Below are positions 19,274 to 28,811 of a DNA stretch of 64,000 nucleotides, in pieces; positions within the stretch are counted from its first letter, which is position 1, and every line of letters begins with the position of its first letter. Under the pieces are notes generated by a model. That model saw only the letters and a program-made list of their open reading frames with translations. It ran no database searches and was not told the DNA's origin. A program made the position numbers and the translations under genes. Source of the DNA: Verrucomicrobiales bacterium (lineage in GTDB: Bacteria > Verrucomicrobiota > Verrucomicrobiia > Verrucomicrobiales > V1-33); NCBI GenBank assembly GCA_031411295.1, contig JANOAV010000040.1, positions 1 to 64,000 on the forward strand, written 5' to 3'.

Positions 19274-22261
19274 ATGCCCCTAACCGCCCGTCTTCAGCTC
19301 ATCTTGCTCAGTGTGGGCATCTTGTTCAGTCCCACCATCACTTGCGCCAATACCACTGCAGATGGCACCGGAACTGAGCCCAACGTGACCGTCACGGACA
19401 ATGGAGATGACACCGTGACGATGGCCAACGGCATTGCCTCCATTGTCATCGTGAAGCAGACCGGGCGGCTCAACTCGGTGGCTTACACCTATAACAGCGA
19501 AGGCACGACCAAGACCTGTGAAACTCTCAGTGGCAAGGGCCAGTATTATTACGGCGGATTCAGCTTGGGAAATGGCGTCTTCGAATACTCGTTGGCTACT
19601 GATCCGACGAGCAATGGCGGCAACCTTGCCGATGTGAAGTTACTCAGCACCACGGAAAAGAATGGCTTGATGGAAATCCATTTTTCGATGCTCCGTGGCT
19701 CACCGGGCTTCTATTCCACCGCCACCATGACGCATCGGAAACAGGACGAGCGATTCGAGGTGGGCGCGTGGGGTGTGGTCACGCGCGTGCCACCGATTTT
19801 CAATTGGGTGAGCGCGGATGAGAAACGCAATTGGTTCATCGGAGTTCCAACGAAGAAGGGAGTAAAAGTTCCCGACTCACCGCATGAAATCACCGTCTGT
19901 CTGGATGGCACTCGGGCAGGAGAATACGAGGACAAGTTCATCTATGCCCAGGATCACTCGGACTTGCGCGCGTGGGGCTGGAGTAGTGTCGGACAGGGTG
20001 GATTGAATGTCGGCCGGTGGATGATGACGACGATGGAGTTCAGCAATGGCGGCCCGCTGAAGCGCGATGTGTCGGTCTATCCCTACAGCGAGTTGAACAA
20101 CTCGATCCTGACTGGCGAAGTCGGCATGGGATCGGATGGTTACATGGACCATGGCGAGGAATGGACGAAGACCTGCGGGCCGTGGTTCATTTACCTAAAT
20201 CACGTTCCCGCCACGATCACGGATGCCAAGCAAGCAGCGCACTTGCTATTCAAGGATGCCCAAGCGCAGGCGGATGCCGAGGCGAAGGCGTGGCCATATG
20301 CATGGTTCAGAAATGAGCACTTCGTCCCCGCCTCCGGGCGCGGCGTGGTGAAGGGCAAATTCGTTATCAAGGACAGGGGCAATCCAAATGCATCGGCGGC
20401 GGGGCTGTGGGTTGGACTGCAAAAACAGCCGCAGACCTACAAGGGCTTTTACGATTTTCAAAAGTGGTCGAAGACTTATCAATGGTGGGTAAAGACGGAG
20501 CCGGACGGGAGCTTCACCATTCCACATGTCATCGCGGACGAGAAATATCTGCTATGGGCGTTCGGGCCTGGCACCTCGGGAACGTTTCTTTCGCAAAAGC
20601 TCGAAGGCGGACAGCCGCCCTTTGAAGGCAATCTTCCGGTGCAAGAATTCACCGTCGCTGTGAAGGCGGGCGAGACGAAACAACTCGGCACCATCGAGTG
20701 GATGCCTGTTCGACTGGGCGAGACGGTGTTTGAATTGGGAACGCCGAATCGCAAATCAGACGAGTTCCGGCACGGTGAGGACTATTGGTCGCCCGGCACG
20801 CCGCCGAAGCTTGGCTTTCCCACGCCGGTGTGGGGCGGGCAGATGGAGTTCCCCTTGGATTTCCCCGATGGCATGAGCTACACCGTGGGTAAGAGCCAGT
20901 GGACGAAGGATTGGAACTACGTGCTTCCCGCCACAGCCGATGCCGCCGGGAACTATCAGCCGTGCACGGGCACCATTATTTTCGATCTCGCAAAGGTGCC
21001 CGCGAGTGGGGCCATGGCCTCTCTGTATCTCGCGCTTGCTGGCAACGATGGCGACAAGGTGGTCATCCGCGTGAATGGCAGGAACCTTGGGGACGACACT
21101 GGAGCGACCGGCACTCCTAACGCGCTGTTGCCAGCCGGATTTGCGCCTCCGTATTCCGACACGAGCAGCATCCATTTCAGCGATCACGGCCCATTCTGCG
21201 ACGAGCGCATCACCTTCCGCACATCGCTGCTGCAAGTCGGCCAGAACACGCTTTCCATCATGATGGATACAAGGAAGATGACCGCTTTCCTCATGGTGGA
21301 CTATCTGCGACTGGAGCTTCCCGGCTACGTGCCCCCTGCCCCTGCGGAGTGTGTAGCGTTTGCCGGAAACAAACGGGTCCTGGTCCGATGGCCACTAGTC
21401 CCGGGTGCGACGAGCTACAACATTCTGCGCTCCACGAAACCCGATTTCGGTTTTGCTTCCGTTGCCAGTGGCGTTCTCGCCCCCGTGTGCGGCAGCGGCC
21501 ATAGCTGGACGAACTTCACCGACACAACTGCGACCAACGATACGCCCTATTTCTACGCCATCCAGTCGGTGAATCCTAGTGGGCACAGCGTAGACTCAAC
21601 GCCCAGCACAAGCGCAATGCCCACCTCGCAGATCTCCGCCGATGCGCCTGCCACACCGCTGGCGCTAACTGTTTCAAAGTCAGGCCATCACGAAGTCGCG
21701 CTGACTTGGAGCGGGTCGCCCGGAGCAAACTTCTACCAAGTCTGGCGCACCACGCTGCACACAGACGGTGTCGGCGGCACCTATCCTTTGCGGACCATCT
21801 TCATTGAGGAAGCGACGACCACGAGCTTTGCCGACCGCTCACCGACCAATGGCCGGATCTACAGTTATCACATCACCGCCGTGAACGCTGCCGGCACGAG
21901 CGAGCCATCCACCGCAGTCACCGCCGTGCCATTGCCCGCCGCCCCTGCAACCGCGCCCGCCTCGCTCACAGGAGCTTGGAAAAAGACCCGCAATGGCGAT
22001 GCCATCACACTCAATTGGACGCCTGTTCCGGGCGCAACCGGCTATGTCATCTATCGCTCGACCGCAGGTGCCACTGAGTTCAAGTGGCCCGCAAATTTTC
22101 TCACTGCCCTGGTCGAAACCACTTACACGGACCAAGGCAACACAGAGAAGAACGCCAAGGTGAAGGGCTTGGAATACACCAGCGACTATTCCTACCAAGT
22201 GACGGCGGTAAACGCAGGCGGCATCTCGCCTCCGATGACGGTTCATGTTACTGCACGGTAG
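19274..22261 (+). CDS. Rhamnogalacturonan lyase-like (PL4) secreted enzyme with C-terminal fibronectin type III repeats
   Basis: Signal peptide from ATG 19274; W.K..GP.FIYLN, AWPYAW, YQWWV.T..DGSFTIPHV, IG.P.R...EFRHG-like, .YTVG.S...KDWNY motifs; three WxxxPGAxxYxIxR FN3 units. Confidence 0.78.
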   Translation: MPLTARLQLILLSVGILFSPTITCANTTADGTGTEPNVTVTDNGDDTVTMANGIASIVIVKQTGRLNSVAYTYNSEGTTKTCETLSGKGQYYYGGFSLGNGVFEYSLATDPTSNGGNLADVKLLSTTEKNGLMEIHFSMLRGSPGFYSTATMTHRKQDERFEVGAWGVVTRVPPIFNWVSADEKRNWFIGVPTKKGVKVPDSPHEITVCLDGTRAGEYEDKFIYAQDHSDLRAWGWSSVGQGGLNVGRWMMTTMEFSNGGPLKRDVSVYPYSELNNSILTGEVGMGSDGYMDHGEEWTKTCGPWFIYLNHVPATITDAKQAAHLLFKDAQAQADAEAKAWPYAWFRNEHFVPASGRGVVKGKFVIKDRGNPNASAAGLWVGLQKQPQTYKGFYDFQKWSKTYQWWVKTEPDGSFTIPHVIADEKYLLWAFGPGTSGTFLSQKLEGGQPPFEGNLPVQEFTVAVKAGETKQLGTIEWMPVRLGETVFELGTPNRKSDEFRHGEDYWSPGTPPKLGFPTPVWGGQMEFPLDFPDGMSYTVGKSQWTKDWNYVLPATADAAGNYQPCTGTIIFDLAKVPASGAMASLYLALAGNDGDKVVIRVNGRNLGDDTGATGTPNALLPAGFAPPYSDTSSIHFSDHGPFCDERITFRTSLLQVGQNTLSIMMDTRKMTAFLMVDYLRLELPGYVPPAPAECVAFAGNKRVLVRWPLVPGATSYNILRSTKPDFGFASVASGVLAPVCGSGHSWTNFTDTTATNDTPYFYAIQSVNPSGHSVDSTPSTSAMPTSQISADAPATPLALTVSKSGHHEVALTWSGSPGANFYQVWRTTLHTDGVGGTYPLRTIFIEEATTTSFADRSPTNGRIYSYHITAVNAAGTSEPSTAVTAVPLPAAPATAPASLTGAWKKTRNGDAITLNWTPVPGATGYVIYRSTAGATEFKWPANFLTALVETTYTDQGNTEKNAKVKGLEYTSDYSYQVTAVNAGGISPPMTVHVTAR

Positions 22262-22283
22262 ATCAATGGCATCAATGCAACCC

Positions 22284-22371
22284 GACCTCAGACCTCAGAC
22301 CTCCGTCCTCCGTCCTCCGTCCTCCGTCCTCTGTCCTCTGTCCCCTGTCCCCTGTCCCCTGTCCCCTGTCC
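22284..22371. repeat. Heptamer tandem repeat (12 units plus a partial) between convergent genes
   Basis: GACCTCA x2, GACCTCC, GTCCTCC x3, GTCCTCT x2, GTCCCCT x4, GTCC. Confidence 0.95.
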
Positions 22372-25370
22372 TACTCCGCCCCGCCAGACAATTTCCATTT
22401 CAACAACGGCACCATGTAACTGTTGAGGGCGGTGGCCGTTGGGTGCACGCCGTCTGGCACCGCGAGTTGGAAGGCGGCTAGGTTTGTTTGGCGCAGCGTT
22501 TCCCATTGAGGAAAGTGATCCAGCAGGAGAAGTCGGCGTTCGGCGGCTACCTCTCGGTAAACGTTATAGAAGTCAGCGAGGTTGGGCCGCAGCGTGGCGG
22601 AAGCATTGGAGCCCGTGGGCGAATCCCATGCTGGGTTCATCGTTTGCAGGATGATTTCTGTAGCGGGATTCTGCGCTCGGATGCTGTCGATCATGCTGTT
22701 GAGATTCGTCTTGGCCTGCGCTGGCGTGAGCTGCGGCGTGCCATCGGTATAGCGGAAGGCATCGTTCACGGCAAATTCGATGATGACGGTATTGGGGTTG
22801 TAAGCGAGCACCTTCGTCGCCAATTGGGTCACTCCCTCCACGGAACTTTTCCCGCTCAGTCCGCTGTTCACCACTGTTAGTAAACCAGGGTATTTGCCGC
22901 CGAGCCAAGTATTCATGACGCCAACCCACGCTCCGTTGGCGGTCAGGCTGGTGCCATACACTACCACCTTTTGCGCCTGTCCCGCCGCCAGTTGCTGCAC
23001 GAAGGTGGCTTGCGGAGTCTGCACCGCCGCCCTATAGAATAAGCGCTGTGGCGTGAAGGACATGGGCGTTTGATAGGGAGCCAGCAATCCCACAGGGTCT
23101 TTTAAATCGACCGCAAAGAAACTGTTCGCACTGCGAGGATTGGTCAGTTGGAGATCATAAATATCCGCGCTACTGCGCAGCCCCAAGATGCTGGGATGCG
23201 AGCGCACGGCGGCAATGAATGCGGCATCGGAAACGAAAGGATTCATCCCGAGTTCGTTTTCGCGAACATCCGTGATTCCATCGTCATCGCGATCATCGGT
23301 CGGCGTGACCGCAGCGAGACCAACCGCATCTGCGATCACATAGCCATTGGCAGCTTGATTGGAAACGCGCACGCCTTCCGTGGCGGCTCCGGTGCCGGAA
23401 AACAGCCCGAGATAAAACCACGCGCCACCATTGCTGCGCTGATCCACCGTCCGCACCGTGGTGCCGCTCTGGTGGCTGATTTCCACGCGGACATTGGAGG
23501 CGCGGTTGGTGGTGGCGGTCCAGCGCAACCACACGTGCTGCGGGCCGGAGGTCGTAGCGGGAAATTTATAGAACACGTTCTTGCTGCCCTGTAGTTCGTT
23601 ATTGTCGTGCAAGTAATCCGTGCCCACATACCCGCCGGTGGCCGCAGAAGAAATCCACGCGCCCGTTAGGGTTACAAGACTGGGATCCGTGCTATCAATG
23701 ATGACCTCTGGTTGCGCAGTGCTGGCCGCACCAAGCGATTGGCCCGCAACGAGCAGCTTCGGACGCAGCACGCTGTAGGGCACATCCTGCACGGCACTGT
23801 TGCGATTAATGGCCTCCACCGCCGCCAAGGCTGCTGATTGCGAGAGCCCCATAAACACCGGTTCCATGCGAATGGACCCGAACGCCATGTGCGAAGCCGA
23901 GAGACTCCAGGGCACGAGCAGATTCGAGCATTCCGCCAGCTTCGGCACGATGGAGCGATAGGAAATGGGGAACGGTTGTGAGACTGGCATCTGCACGTCG
24001 CCTTCATTTTTAACGAAGCCCCCGGCCACGTGACGCTGCACATTGTGGGAGTCCATCGCGTAGGCCGCCAGGCCGATGGAATCAGCCGCGGTCAAGGCAC
24101 CGGAAGCATTCGCCTGCGTCATGACATAGTCGGAAATCATGCGTCGAGACTCACGAACGTAGATTTGATAGGGCCAGTTATTATTGTCAGCAAACTCGTC
24201 TGCTGGCAGGCCCCAGTTGGCATAAGCGTTACGAATGGCGACAGGAACTCGGGAATGATTCTGCAGCGTCCAGAGCAGACCGCGTTGCCAGTTCTGATGT
24301 TCCAGCGCTAACGCATCCCGCTGTGCGTGGGTTAGCGTCGTCCAGTTCCATCCCGCTCCATAATTTTTTCCAATGTAGTCCGTGGAAATGCCGCCACTGT
24401 TATTGGAATCCGTCTTGCGATTCGGCATCAGGTCCAATTTGAAGAAACCCGTCGTTTGCCCTGCTTCGATGGCTCGGAAAAGCAATTCGTAGTCGGCGGC
24501 TTGATAGCCTGCCGGTTGTGCCACCATCACGCGATTTGCCGCCACATCCGTGAGCGCCATGCGATAGCAATACGCCTGAAGTTTTGCGTCACCCGTGCCA
24601 TCCACTCCGCCCGCATCCGTCTGCACACCCGGCAGCAGTCCGCTCGCGGCATTGCCTGGTGTAACATAAGGATCGATGCTTGCAGGGAGTTGATTCTTGA
24701 TCGCGCGAGCCGCTTGAATGCCACTATACGTTTCGGTGTAAGTGCTGTTAGCTTCACGGCCTACGGCAAAACCGACACCAGCTCCTGGCAGCAAATCGCC
24801 TTCATAACTGGCGTCGATAAAGATCTTGCCGCCATATTCCTGGCCGTTTTCCAGTCGCAGCGTCGTGATCTTTCCTGCCGTTTTCGTGATACCCGTGGTT
24901 AGATCCAGACGACCAGTCACGACCTCCACTCCAGCCTCGGAGATCAAAGCATTGAACGTGGCTTCCGCTACCTTCGGCTCGAACACCGAGGCGATGCCCG
25001 TTGTCGCATTGAAGGCCGGACCGCCTTGTCCCGCATTGCCATAACTGGCCTGCGTCTGCCAATTCCAAGCGGCGGGCGCTTGATAGTAAGTGTAAATTTT
25101 CTGATAGAACTCGCGAGAGATCCCGCCCAGAATGGAACTGTCCCCCAAGTCCGTCCAACCCAGTCCACTGCTGGTTAGACCACCCAGATGGGCGGTGGGG
25201 GAAATGAGGGTGACACTCTTACCAGAGCGCTTCACCTGCACTGCTGCCGCCACCCCGCCAGACGTCCCGCCATAGACGATCACATCTCGCTCAATCGGCA
25301 CGGCATGGAGCGGGAGACTGGTGCTAAAGAGCATCGCCAACGTCAGAGTTCGCAAAAAAGAGTTCGACAT
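22371..25370 (-). CDS. Secreted FAD-dependent oxidoreductase fused to a golvesin/CBM-like beta-sandwich, an internal Ca-repeat/CTD-like module and a C-terminal SGNH hydrolase
   Basis: DVIVYGGTSGG dinucleotide-binding motif, FIDASYEGDL, YVRESRRM, SASHMAFGSIRMEPVFM; IIDSTD..GAW..S..GYVGTDY; SGNH blocks YGTSLT, NSGLSG, EFAVND, DGVHP. Confidence 0.85.
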   Translation of the reverse strand: MSNSFLRTLTLAMLFSTSLPLHAVPIERDVIVYGGTSGGVAAAVQVKRSGKSVTLISPTAHLGGLTSSGLGWTDLGDSSILGGISREFYQKIYTYYQAPAAWNWQTQASYGNAGQGGPAFNATTGIASVFEPKVAEATFNALISEAGVEVVTGRLDLTTGITKTAGKITTLRLENGQEYGGKIFIDASYEGDLLPGAGVGFAVGREANSTYTETYSGIQAARAIKNQLPASIDPYVTPGNAASGLLPGVQTDAGGVDGTGDAKLQAYCYRMALTDVAANRVMVAQPAGYQAADYELLFRAIEAGQTTGFFKLDLMPNRKTDSNNSGGISTDYIGKNYGAGWNWTTLTHAQRDALALEHQNWQRGLLWTLQNHSRVPVAIRNAYANWGLPADEFADNNNWPYQIYVRESRRMISDYVMTQANASGALTAADSIGLAAYAMDSHNVQRHVAGGFVKNEGDVQMPVSQPFPISYRSIVPKLAECSNLLVPWSLSASHMAFGSIRMEPVFMGLSQSAALAAVEAINRNSAVQDVPYSVLRPKLLVAGQSLGAASTAQPEVIIDSTDPSLVTLTGAWISSAATGGYVGTDYLHDNNELQGSKNVFYKFPATTSGPQHVWLRWTATTNRASNVRVEISHQSGTTVRTVDQRSNGGAWFYLGLFSGTGAATEGVRVSNQAANGYVIADAVGLAAVTPTDDRDDDGITDVRENELGMNPFVSDAAFIAAVRSHPSILGLRSSADIYDLQLTNPRSANSFFAVDLKDPVGLLAPYQTPMSFTPQRLFYRAAVQTPQATFVQQLAAGQAQKVVVYGTSLTANGAWVGVMNTWLGGKYPGLLTVVNSGLSGKSSVEGVTQLATKVLAYNPNTVIIEFAVNDAFRYTDGTPQLTPAQAKTNLNSMIDSIRAQNPATEIILQTMNPAWDSPTGSNASATLRPNLADFYNVYREVAAERRLLLLDHFPQWETLRQTNLAAFQLAVPDGVHPTATALNSYMVPLLKWKLSGGAE

Positions 25371-25373
25371 AAA

Positions 25374-26429
25374 TTACGGTTGGGGAATGGAGAGGCGCAG
25401 GTAGCTTTTGCCAGCCGGAACCACCACTTGGCGGGTCATGGTCTCCGTCGTTAGCCACGTTAGAAGATCCGGGCTTTGCTGCATTTCAAAGAACACCGAC
25501 TGCGTGGAAAGAGCCGCCGCCGCGCGAATACTGCCACCATTGGTCGCCTGCAAAATGGTGGTGTCATTATACAATCCAAAGTAGTCTGGATGGGACCGGA
25601 TCGCGTTGAATAAGGCTAAATTTGAAACGTTAGCATCGGTCCCCAATAGCAATTCATCAGCCGTGGTGATTCCGTCTGCATCTGGATCCGGATTAACCGG
25701 AGCCGTGAACGGCGTCACATCAGCAAAGGTGGCTCCCAAGCGAATTTCATCGATCAATACCGCGGCTCCATTTGATCCGGCCACCCGAATCGTATTGAAG
25801 CTGAGATCCGCTGCCTGCACCGTGGCCAAAGGCGTGGTGGGCGCAGTCGCCAGCGTGGGGTCCACATACATTTCCACGAGATCTGCTCCGGCGGTGCCCG
25901 CATTATCGCGCAAATGGAGCACTACCAAGTGAGTTACCCCAAAGGTTCCCCGCCCAGAATTCAACGTGCTGGAACCACCCGTGCCCAAATAGATCCCCGC
26001 AGTGCTCGTGCCACTGGAATTACTAACGGTAAACCGAGCCGTGGTGGTGTCCTGATAAAATGACACGCCCTCGAATAGCGCATTGGTAACTGGCAAGTTC
26101 CACAGAAAGGAAATCCAAGTATCGGTAAGCGGAGCACCGGAAAGCGTGCGGAAATTCCGGGTCGTAGCCGTGCCCGCCGTGGTCATCGCCAAGCCGCTAA
26201 CGGTGAGAATTTTCCCCGCCGCATCCGTGAATCCAAGCCCCGGACTGCGCACCGCACCCGTTTCCCCATTCTGCGACCAAGCTCCACTCCAGCCACTCCC
26301 TCCAGTTTGTCCAGTGACCAGTGACCCACCCGGATAAGCAAACGACTCTAGGGCAGGCAGCGCAAAGGCGCTTTGCCAGGAGGCCAAGGCAAAGCAAGTG
26401 AGGCACCAGCGATTGACGGGAGATTTCAT
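25374..26429 (-). CDS. Secreted beta-sandwich protein with DxDxDG repeat and C-terminal module
   Basis: Signal peptide, ESFAYP..GGSGWSGAW, IDEIRLGATFADV, C-terminal QSPDLLTW...KSYLRL; 3 bp from the downstream gene. Confidence 0.75.
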   Translation of the reverse strand: MKSPVNRWCLTCFALASWQSAFALPALESFAYPGGSLVTGQTGGSGWSGAWSQNGETGAVRSPGLGFTDAAGKILTVSGLAMTTAGTATTRNFRTLSGAPLTDTWISFLWNLPVTNALFEGVSFYQDTTTARFTVSNSSGTSTAGIYLGTGGSSTLNSGRGTFGVTHLVVLHLRDNAGTAGADLVEMYVDPTLATAPTTPLATVQAADLSFNTIRVAGSNGAAVLIDEIRLGATFADVTPFTAPVNPDPDADGITTADELLLGTDANVSNLALFNAIRSHPDYFGLYNDTTILQATNGGSIRAAAALSTQSVFFEMQQSPDLLTWLTTETMTRQVVVPAGKSYLRLSIPQP

Positions 26430-26514
26430 CGGAACAGCAGAGAAAATGGGGGAATGGGGTGCCTCGATAGACATTAGCTAGCGCATCATCGCCAGGATTT
26501 TGTGAGTCAAATGG

Positions 26515-27291
26515 CTAATGCGGCGGAGCGCAAGCTTGGCTGGCAAGTTTTTGCAGGGCGGAGGCATCAGCCGCAGAGAGTCGGCCATGATACGGCACCG
26601 CTAATTTTGCCGCTGGCTGAATGGCAGCATAAATCACGAGCCCTGCGAGGTAGGACCCACTGAACTCAGGGTGTGAGTTGTCCTGACGATGCAGGCGGAG
26701 AGGCTTAGGATTGGCGTATTGCAACTCCCATGCGTCGCCTACCGGTGCTACGATGGATCCTTCGGTCTGGGCGGCAGCCTTTTGGTAAGAGGCGTGGTTT
26801 CGCGACTGCATTTCTTGGGCGTTTTTACCGACGCTCGGATCAGCCTTCGGATTGTTCCAGTAGTCAGCATGTCGCGCCCACGTTTGATAGAAAACAATCT
26901 TTGCCTTGGGGCTCTTGATCTTGATGCGTTCACAGAGGCCCTTGGCACCTTGGAGAAAACTGGTGCGGATGGTTTCGGATACTTGCGCCATCGCAGCCTC
27001 TTGACTTTGGCCTTGCAGCACGACGACATCCCAGTTGCCTTCGTCAATCAGTTTCAGCGTTTTCGCTTCGCTCAGATGCTGTTCCAAGGTCTTGCCACCT
27101 GGTGTGGCTGCGCTTACATCAGGGGCTGGAGCACCCGTGCTGGTGACGATTTGCTGGTAGATCTTGGGAAGATTATTCACCCCCGTGTAGCTGTTGCCGA
27201 TGAACAAGATGCGCTCGGCGTTGGCACAGCCAGTAAATGCGGTTAGCAAACAGACCAGGTGCCAGAGCAGGGCGAGGGGAAAAGTTTTCAT
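26515..27291 (-). CDS. Exported SGNH/GDSL-like (DUF4886-type) hydrolase
   Basis: Signal peptide, ILFIGNSYT, WDVVVLQGQS, YQTWA, APVGDAW, DNSHP...GSYLA. Confidence 0.82.
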   Translation of the reverse strand: MKTFPLALLWHLVCLLTAFTGCANAERILFIGNSYTGVNNLPKIYQQIVTSTGAPAPDVSAATPGGKTLEQHLSEAKTLKLIDEGNWDVVVLQGQSQEAAMAQVSETIRTSFLQGAKGLCERIKIKSPKAKIVFYQTWARHADYWNNPKADPSVGKNAQEMQSRNHASYQKAAAQTEGSIVAPVGDAWELQYANPKPLRLHRQDNSHPEFSGSYLAGLVIYAAIQPAAKLAVPYHGRLSAADASALQKLASQACAPPH

Positions 27292-27409
27292 ATTGGAGAG
27301 GATGAAGCAACGCAGACGTGAACGCAAATTCTTTGATCGCGCAGACCGCGCGCCAATTTGCACTGCCCAGAGATGGGATTCAGACGTCTGAATCGCGGGG
27401 AGGGTTCTA

Positions 27410-27430
27410 CGGGCTGAAGCCCTGGACTAC
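27410..27430 (-). repeat. Single GTAG-type REP copy downstream of the GPH transporter
   Basis: CGGGCTGAAGCCCTGGACTAC, a 21/21 reverse complement of 9484-9504; internal hairpin GGGCT-GA-AGCCC. Confidence 0.8.
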
Positions 27431-27463
27431 GGTGGTTCAGCAGAATCCGGGGCGAAATGCGAG

Positions 27464-28807
27464 CTAGGGTTGCTCACCTCGGCGGACCGCAAGTTCTTCA
27501 CGCATGGTCTTGCAGGTGGCTTCGTTGAGTCCGTAGAAGACAAAGAGACTGGCTAGAAAAAGCAGACCACCAGCAGGAATCAGGCTGCTGAGAAGCAGAA
27601 TGCCGTGGATGGCTTGGGGTGTTTGCTCGGCGTTGGCGACGTAACCGTAGTAAGTCAACAACCAGCCTGCGAAAGCAGCTCCAAGTCCCATACCGGCTTT
27701 TTGGGACGCGGTGGTGGCGGAGAAGATGATGCCGGTGGTGCGGACTTTGAATTTCCATTCCGAGTAGTCGGCGGTATCTGCAACCAAGGCCCAATAGAGC
27801 GTGGCGTTGATGCCGGAGACGATCATGCCGAGTATTTGGAAGGTGAACACGAGTCCCATTTGCTCCGGTTTGATCCAATAGAAGGGGATGGCTGTAAGCG
27901 CGACTAGCACCATACTGGTAATAAAGGATGCCTTCTTGCCGATGGCTTGCACCGCAAATTTCGTCAAGGTGGCGCCAAAGATCATGGCGAGTCCGCCGAT
28001 GAGGAAATACTTCGAAATGAGGCCATCGTCCCATTTCAAATAGTTCTTGAGGTAATACATTCCAGCGGAGCCACGGACGACGGCAAAGGTAATGTTGACG
28101 ATGCCTGCGATGAACATCATGACCCAATGCCGGTTCGCCAGAAGCGTCATGATGTCGTCGCGCAATCTGGTCTTCTGGGCTGGGGGCGGCTGAATGCGTT
28201 CCCGCGTGGTGAGAAAGGAGATGAGGAACAGAATCACGGCCACGACGCTGAACAACACCACGGTGAGTTGCGCTCCCAATTGTTGATTCCCCTTTCCGAA
28301 GAGTTTGATGAGGATGAGGAAACTGGAGTTGGCAATGATGCCGCCGATCTGCGCCAGGGCCATGCGGTAACTGTTGATACTGGTGCGTTCCAGCGGATCG
28401 TCAGTCATCACGCCGGACAGCGCACCGTAGGGAATGTTGATCGCAGAATAGAGGAGCATGAGCACATTGTAGGTCGTCCAGGCCCAGACCAGCTTGCCCC
28501 AATCGCTGAAGTTAGGGGTGGTGAACGCTAGGATAAACACGACTCCCAGCGGCACACAAAGCCACAGCAGATAGGGTCGGAAACGGCCCCACTTCGACTT
28601 GGTGCGATCCGCCGCTGCGCCAATGAAGAAGTCCACGATCCCATCGGTGCAACGTGCAAAGAGCAGCATCGTGCCAGCAGCAGCGGCTGTGATGCCGAAG
28701 ATGTCCGTGTAGTAGAACATGATGAAATTCATCATCAAGGCCCACACGAAATTACTGGCGGTATCGCCCAGACCGTAGCCGATTTTTTCTTTAACAGAGA
28801 TTTTCAT
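27464..28807 (-). CDS. Glycoside-pentoside-hexuronide (GPH) family MFS sugar transporter
   Basis: KEKIGYGLGDTASN, DRTKSKWGRFRPYLLW, NIPYGAL, ADTADYSEWK, multiple TM helices. Confidence 0.93.
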   Translation of the reverse strand: MKISVKEKIGYGLGDTASNFVWALMMNFIMFYYTDIFGITAAAAGTMLLFARCTDGIVDFFIGAAADRTKSKWGRFRPYLLWLCVPLGVVFILAFTTPNFSDWGKLVWAWTTYNVLMLLYSAINIPYGALSGVMTDDPLERTSINSYRMALAQIGGIIANSSFLILIKLFGKGNQQLGAQLTVVLFSVVAVILFLISFLTTRERIQPPPAQKTRLRDDIMTLLANRHWVMMFIAGIVNITFAVVRGSAGMYYLKNYLKWDDGLISKYFLIGGLAMIFGATLTKFAVQAIGKKASFITSMVLVALTAIPFYWIKPEQMGLVFTFQILGMIVSGINATLYWALVADTADYSEWKFKVRTTGIIFSATTASQKAGMGLGAAFAGWLLTYYGYVANAEQTPQAIHGILLLSSLIPAGGLLFLASLFVFYGLNEATCKTMREELAVRRGEQP

Positions 28808-28811
28808 AGAG

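Noticed and set aside
22084..22506. ORFs with SVLRPP / GTGDR repeats
   Set aside because: They are translations of the heptamer microsatellite and overlap real genes.
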